This document shows, in pieces, positions 1-4,220 of a stretch of 4,220 nt of DNA. The first letter of the stretch is position 1. Each line of letters opens with the position of its first letter. This stretch comes from a virus (Duplodnaviria > Heunggongvirae > Uroviricota > Caudoviricetes), in IMG/VR virus record IMGVR_UViG_2585427731_000006, one strand, 5' to 3'. The position numbers were made by a program, and so were the translations under genes. A model generated the notes under the pieces. That model did not search any database. It was not told the DNA's origin and saw only the letters and a list, made by a program, of their open reading frames with translations.

Positions 1-456
1 AAATGGCCCGAAATTCAGGCAGAGATGCGCATCTGGAAAAAACGTCGCGAAGGTGAACGCAAGGAAACCGGAAAATACACGTCTGTTGTTGATCTCGCCC
101 GCGCCAGAGCCAATCAACAGCACACTGAAAATTCAACAGGAAAAATCAACCCGGTCATTGCTGCCATTCATCGCGAATACAAGCAGACATGGAAAACACT
201 GGATGACGAACTGGCCTACGCTCTCTGGCCTGGTGATGTGGATGCCGGAAACATTGACGGCAGCATCCATCGCTGGGCAAAAAAAGAAGTTATCGACAAC
301 GACCGCGAAGACTGGAAGCGTATCTCGGCATCAATGCGCAAACAGCCTGATGCCCTTCGCTACGACCGCCAAACTATTTTTGGCCTTGTCCGTGAACGTC
401 CGATCGACATTCACAAAGACCCCGTAGCACTGAACAAATACATTACGAATACCTGA
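1..456 (+). CDS. hypothetical prophage protein, 5'-partial (frame open to the window edge)
   Basis: Frame 1 is open from nt 1 to TGA 454-456; the ORF track starts at the first ATG (25) but there is no upstream stop, so the gene probably begins outside the window. Composition is protein-like (mixed charged/hydrophobic, e.g. ...IHRWAKKEVIDNDREDWKRI...), whereas the overlapping ORF 53..427 is S/T/L-rich and looks like an alternate-frame artefact. I recognise no family motif. Confidence 0.5.
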   Translation, partial: KWPEIQAEMRIWKKRREGERKETGKYTSVVDLARARANQQHTENSTGKINPVIAAIHREYKQTWKTLDDELAYALWPGDVDAGNIDGSIHRWAKKEVIDNDREDWKRISASMRKQPDALRYDRQTIFGLVRERPIDIHKDPVALNKYITNT

Positions 457-538
457 CGACAAAGGGCGTGTTTGAGATGAAGAAACAAACCAGAGCACAA
501 CTGATACTCTCCAGTCATCAGAAACACAAACTGATGCA

Positions 539-823
539 GTGGAAACTGAGGTATCTGATATCCCAAAAAATGAAACCGCGCCGGAAGCTGAACCATCTGT
601 AGAGCGTGAGGGGCCGTTCTATTTCCTCTTCGCAGATAAGGACGGAGAAAAATACGGTCGCGCAAACAAACTTTCTGGTCTGGATAAGGCACTGGCTGCT
701 GGCGCCACTGAAATCACAAAAGAAGAATATTTCGCCCGAAAAAACGGCACATACACAGGCTCACAACAAAATACAGATACAGCTGAAGACCGAACAACCA
801 GAGCCAATAAAAGTTACCGCTGA
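539..823 (+). CDS. hypothetical acidic protein; start codon uncertain
   Basis: Frame 2 is open from 476 to TGA 821-823 and encodes a protein-like sequence (...[49 protein letters not shown]...). The only in-frame start is GTG at 539, with no obvious Shine-Dalgarno. An ATG at 477 with an upstream AAGGG sits in a different frame (frame 0, 41 codons). Net charge is mildly acidic. Confidence 0.3.
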   Translation: METEVSDIPKNETAPEAEPSVEREGPFYFLFADKDGEKYGRANKLSGLDKALAAGATEITKEEYFARKNGTYTGSQQNTDTAEDRTTRANKSYR

Positions 824-839
824 CGAAGTAAACAAAATT

Positions 840-1151
840 ATGCAGGCAGCCAATATCAGCCAGCCTGACGCCGATAAGTTGCTTGCTGCATCACGTGGTG
901 AATTTGTTGAAGGGATTAGTGACCCGAATGATCCGAAATGGGTTAAGGGGATCCAGACCCGCGATTCTGCGAACCAGAACCAGCAAGAAACGGAACAGAA
1001 CGACCAGAAAGCGGAACAAAACAGCCCAAATACGCAACAAAACGAGCCAGAAACGAAACAACCTGAACCAGTAGCGCAACAGGAACCGGAAAAGACTGCA
1101 CCGCCTGCGGTCAGACCGGCGGCGGCAACTGCCCTGATTGTGGCGCGGTGA
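840..1151 (+). CDS. hypothetical protein with a Q/E/N/P-rich low-complexity C-terminal tail
   Basis: Frame 0 ORF ending at TGA 1149-1151. The ORF track extends it to GTG 606, but the 606-800 stretch in this frame is W/basic-rich and overlaps the better-looking frame-2 ORF, so I place the start at ATG 840 (weak GAAG 11 nt upstream). Product: [25 protein letters not shown]...[41 protein letters not shown].... The stop overlaps the next start (TGATG, 1149-1153). Confidence 0.35.
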   Translation: MQAANISQPDADKLLAASRGEFVEGISDPNDPKWVKGIQTRDSANQNQQETEQNDQKAEQNSPNTQQNEPETKQPEPVAQQEPEKTAPPAVRPAAATALIVAR

Positions 1152-1918
1152 TGGGCGACGCAACATACCAAGAAACATTCGATGAAGAGAATCAGCCTGA
1201 AGTTCAGGAAGATGATCCGGAGGAAATGGAAGGCGCTGAACATCCACACAAGGAGAACACTGGCGGCAATCAGCATCACAATAGCGATAATGAAACTGGC
1301 GAGACGGCAGATCACCCAATTAAGGTGAACGGTCATCACGAAATCACATCCACCAGCAGGACGTGTGACCATCTAATGATCGACCTTGAAACCATGGGAA
1401 AAAATCCTGATGCCCCGATCATCTCAATAGGTGCAATATTTTTCGATCCGCAAACCGGAGATATGGGACCGGAATTTAGTAAGACTATCGATCTGGAAAC
1501 TGCTGGCGGAGTCATTGATCGGGACACCATTAAATGGTGGCTTAAGCAATCACGCGAAGCGCAATCTGCCATTATGACCGATGAAATCCCGTTAGATGAT
1601 GCACTGTTACAATTGCGGGAATTTATCGACGAAAACTCCGGTGAATTTTTTGTTCAGGTTTGGGGAAATGGAGCCAACTTCGACAACACGATTTTGCGCC
1701 GTTCATACGAACGGCAGGGGATCCCCTGCCCGTGGCGTTACTACAACGATCGCGATGTACGCACAATCGTTGAGCTGGGGAAAGCCATAGACTTCGATGC
1801 CAGAACGGCTATTCCATTCGAAGGTGAGCGCCATAATGCACTTGATGACGCCCGTTACCAGGCAAAATACGTTTCAGTTATCTGGCAAAAACTGATCCCG
1901 AGTCAGGCTGATTCTTAA
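1151..1918 (+). CDS. DEDDh-family (DnaQ-like) 3'-5' exonuclease with an acidic, His-rich N-terminal extension
   Basis: The three exonuclease motifs are present in the expected order: Exo [11 protein letters not shown] (D-x-E), Exo [15 protein letters not shown], Exo [13 protein letters not shown] (H...D). The catalytic domain is roughly 1373..1918; the first ~75 residues are acidic, low-complexity and His-rich ([34 protein letters not shown]). The ORF track starts at GTG 1148; ATG 1151 is more likely and overlaps the upstream stop, suggesting translational coupling. Confidence 0.8.
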   Translation: MGDATYQETFDEENQPEVQEDDPEEMEGAEHPHKENTGGNQHHNSDNETGETADHPIKVNGHHEITSTSRTCDHLMIDLETMGKNPDAPIISIGAIFFDPQTGDMGPEFSKTIDLETAGGVIDRDTIKWWLKQSREAQSAIMTDEIPLDDALLQLREFIDENSGEFFVQVWGNGANFDNTILRRSYERQGIPCPWRYYNDRDVRTIVELGKAIDFDARTAIPFEGERHNALDDARYQAKYVSVIWQKLIPSQADS

Positions 1919-1929
1919 TGTTCAACTGT

Positions 1930-1961
1930 CGCCGGTTGTGACTGGTATTCTGCAACCGGCG
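1930..1961. promoter_or_regulatory. perfect 9-bp inverted repeat (CGCCGGTTG / CAACCGGCG) with a 14-nt spacer, between the exonuclease gene and xis
   Basis: Read directly: 1930-1938 CGCCGGTTG and 1953-1961 CAACCGGCG are exact reverse complements. No U-tract follows, so it is not a canonical intrinsic terminator; it could be a protein-binding palindrome or an RNA stem-loop. Confidence 0.35.
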
Positions 1962-1990
1962 CTCGTCTGATGTAAGAGATAAAGAAATCG

Positions 1991-2242
1991 ATGAGCGAAG
2001 TAATCATGATTGTCTCTCCCGGCAAATGGGTATCCGAAGAGCAGTTAATTGCGCTGAAAGGAATAAAAAAAGGTACGTTAAAAAAGGCCCGGGAAAAATC
2101 GTTTATGGAAGGAAGGGAATATAAGCATGTCGCTCATGACGGTATGCCATGGGATAACAGTCCATGCTTTTACAACCTGGAAGAAATTGATCGCTGGATT
2201 GAGCGCCAGGCATCAGCGAGACCAAGACGTCATCTTACTTGA
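1991..2242 (+). CDS. xis: excisionase-like recombination directionality factor (putative Xis)
   Basis: An 83-aa basic protein encoded immediately upstream of, and co-oriented with, the integrase (20-bp gap), which is the canonical xis-int arrangement of lambdoid phages. The call rests on position and size rather than on a motif I can name with certainty. Confidence 0.55.
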   Translation: MSEVIMIVSPGKWVSEEQLIALKGIKKGTLKKAREKSFMEGREYKHVAHDGMPWDNSPCFYNLEEIDRWIERQASARPRRHLT

Positions 2243-2261
2243 CTAAAAGCCACACTAACTA

Positions 2262-3365
2262 ATGAGAGAAGTTGAAATGAAATATCCGACAGGCGTGGAA
2301 AACCATGGAGGGAAATTACGTATCTGGTTTGTTTATAAAGGCGTAAGAGTCAGGGAAAATCTGGGGGTTCCTGACACAGCAAAAAACAGGCGCGTTGCAG
2401 GTGAACTACGCTCCTCTGTTTGTTACGCAATAAAAACTGGTGTTTTCGACTATGCAAAACAGTTTCCCTCCTCACGCAATCTGGAAAAATTTGGTGAGGC
2501 CCGACAAGATTTAACCATAAAAGAACTGGCTGAAAAATTTCTGGCACTGAAAGAAACTGAAGTCGCCAAAACATCACTCAACACATACCGTGCCGTCATC
2601 AAAAATATCCTGAGCATAATCGGTGAAAAAAATCTTGCCTCATCGATTAATAAAGAAAAATTACTGGAGGTTCGTAAAGAGCTACTGACTGGATACCAGA
2701 TCCCCAAAAGTAACTATATTGTTACACAACCAGGGAGATCGGCTGTAACTGTAAATAATTACATGACAAATCTTAACGCCGTGTTCCAGTTTGGTGTTGA
2801 TAACGGTTACCTGGCAGATAATCCGTTTAAGGGGATCTCGCCATTAAAGGAATCAAGAACCATTCCGGATCCTCTTTCGCGGGAGGAATTTATCCGTCTT
2901 ATCGATGCGTGCAGAAATCAGCAAGCAAAAAATTTATGGTGTGTTTCTGTTTATACTGGCGTTCGCCCTGGTGAGCTGTGTGCACTTGGATGGGAGGACA
3001 TAGATCTGAAAAATGGAACAATGATGATCAGGAGAAATTTAGCAAAAGACCGTTTCACGGTACCAAAAACACAGGCGGGAACCAATCGGGTCATTCATCT
3101 TATTAAGCCAGCAATCGACGCTCTCCGGAGTCAGATGACATTAACGAGACTGAGCAAAGAGCATATCATTGATGTTCACCTCAGAGAGTATGGCAGAACA
3201 GAAAAACAAAAATGCACCTTTGTTTTTCAACCTGAAGTGTCAGCGAGAGTAAACAATTATGGTGACCATTTTACCGTTGACTCAATAAGGCAGATGTGGG
3301 ACGCAGCGATAAAACGTGCCGGACTCCGCCATCGAAAATCATATCAGTCGAGACATACTTATTGA
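2262..3365 (+). CDS. int: phage integrase (tyrosine recombinase), C-terminally truncated by IS3 insertion; likely non-functional
   Basis: N-terminus resembles the lambdoid arm-binding domain (KYPTGVENHGGKLRIWFVYKGVRVRENLG). The catalytic-domain box I Arg is present (YTGVRPGELCALGWEDIDLKNG). The ORF ends ...HRKSYQSRHTY and its TGA stop (3363-3365) is supplied by the first bases of the IS3 terminus, so the expected downstream His and the nucleophilic Tyr are missing. The start may be ATG 2277 (MKYPTGVE) rather than 2262. Confidence 0.85.
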   Translation: MREVEMKYPTGVENHGGKLRIWFVYKGVRVRENLGVPDTAKNRRVAGELRSSVCYAIKTGVFDYAKQFPSSRNLEKFGEARQDLTIKELAEKFLALKETEVAKTSLNTYRAVIKNILSIIGEKNLASSINKEKLLEVRKELLTGYQIPKSNYIVTQPGRSAVTVNNYMTNLNAVFQFGVDNGYLADNPFKGISPLKESRTIPDPLSREEFIRLIDACRNQQAKNLWCVSVYTGVRPGELCALGWEDIDLKNGTMMIRRNLAKDRFTVPKTQAGTNRVIHLIKPAIDALRSQMTLTRLSKEHIIDVHLREYGRTEKQKCTFVFQPEVSARVNNYGDHFTVDSIRQMWDAAIKRAGLRHRKSYQSRHTY

Positions 3366-3402
3366 TCTTACCCAGCAATAGTGGACACGCGGCTAAGTGA
3401 GT
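3363..3402. repeat. IS3 left terminal inverted repeat (IRL), about 40 bp
   Basis: The IS end begins with 5'-TG at 3363, directly abutting the integrase reading frame. The exact IR length was not verified because the right end is outside the window. Confidence 0.6.
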
Positions 3403-3427
3403 AAACTCTCAGTCAGAGGTGACTCAC

Positions 3428-3723
3428 ATGACAAAAACAGTATCAACCAGTAAAAAACCCCGTAAACAGCATTCGCCTGAATTTCGCAGTGAAGCCCTGA
3501 AGCTTGCTGAACGCATCGGTGTTACTGCCGCAGCCCGTGAACTCAGCCTGTATGAATCACAGCTCTACAACTGGCGCAGTAAACAGCAAAATCAGCAGAC
3601 GTCTTCTGAACGTGAACTGGAGATGTCTACCGAGATTGCACGTCTCAAACGCCAGCTGGCAGAACGGGATGAAGAGCTGGCTATCCTCCAAAAGGCCGCG
3701 ACATACTTCGCGAAGCGCCTGAA

Positions 3724-3727
<4 letters not shown>
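3428..3727 (+). CDS. insE: IS3 OrfA (InsE), transposase N-terminal DNA-binding subunit
   Basis: ATG 3428 with GAGGTG 6 nt upstream; the 99-aa product [57 protein letters not shown]...KRLK has helix-turn-helix and leucine-zipper character. The ORF track's GTG 3419 start is probably 3 codons too long. Confidence 0.9.
3690..3694 (+). other. IS3 programmed -1 ribosomal frameshift motif A-AAA-G (orfA to orfB)
   Basis: The orfA 0-frame codon AAG is at 3692-3694 and the -1 frame codon AAA at 3691-3693; the -1 frame is the orfB frame (3724 is in the same frame as 3691). This is consistent with the known IS3-family OrfAB transframe mechanism. Confidence 0.55.

Positions 3728-4220
<493 letters not shown>

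Noticed and set aside
53-427. 124-aa + strand ORF overlapping 25..456
   Set aside because: Shorter alternate frame nested inside the longer frame-1 ORF, with S/T/L-rich composition less protein-like than frame 1.
411-692. 93-aa minus-strand ORF (and the 62-aa minus-strand ORF 619..807)
   Set aside because: Antisense to + strand ORFs in a uniformly + oriented operon; no recognisable motif.
883-1074. 63-aa + strand ORF, extremely basic (R/K/N/T-rich)
   Set aside because: Alternate frame of the A/C-rich low-complexity tract; frame 0 is the better coding candidate here.
891-1319. 142-aa ORF on the minus strand, Arg-rich
   Set aside because: Mirror-frame artefact of the T-poor acidic coding tract; the extreme Arg/Leu/Phe composition is not protein-like.
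761-1372. 203-aa ORF on the minus strand
   Set aside because: Antisense to the + strand acidic/low-complexity coding region; the product is Cys/Phe/Ser-rich low complexity, typical of the reverse complement of a GAA/CAG-rich gene, and has no start context.
1336-1790. ORFs 1336..1572 (-) and 1596..1790 (+) inside the exonuclease gene
   Set aside because: Both lie within the exonuclease ORF, in antisense or alternate frame; the exonuclease frame carries the conserved motifs.
1930-1961. Inverted repeat considered as a rho-independent terminator for the exonuclease operon
   Set aside because: No T-rich tract follows the stem (downstream is CTCGTCTGATG), so it is kept only as a possible regulatory palindrome or hairpin.
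2350-2707. Two minus-strand ORFs (2350..2577, 2450..2707) inside the integrase gene
   Set aside because: Antisense to a confidently identified integrase; no independent support.

Overview
This 4.2-kb window reads as the integration end of a decaying lambdoid (lambda/P22-type) prophage from an Escherichia/Shigella-like enterobacterium, all on the + strand. In order: a 5'-partial ORF of unknown function (1..456); two small acidic, low-complexity ORFs whose reading frames interlock (about 539..823 and 840..1151); a DEDDh (DnaQ-like) 3'-5' exonuclease with a roughly 75-aa acidic, His-rich N-terminal extension (1151..1918); an 83-aa excisionase-like gene (1991..2242); and a tyrosine integrase (2262..3365) whose 3' end is cut off by an IS3 insertion. 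The IS3 left end is at 3363 and the element runs past the window edge; its orfA (insE) is intact, the A-AAA-G frameshift site is present, and orfB (insF) carries an in-frame TGA. No rRNA, tRNA or CRISPR array is visible. The most unusual signal is a CxxCG-x6-CPxCG zinc-ribbon motif encoded in the -1 frame just upstream of, and in frame with, the exonuclease, preceded by an A-AAA-G slippery motif of the same type as the IS3 frameshift site. This suggests either a frameshift-dependent zinc-ribbon-exonuclease fusion or a disrupted multi-domain gene. All calls come from reading the sequence and from recalled family motifs; no database search was run.
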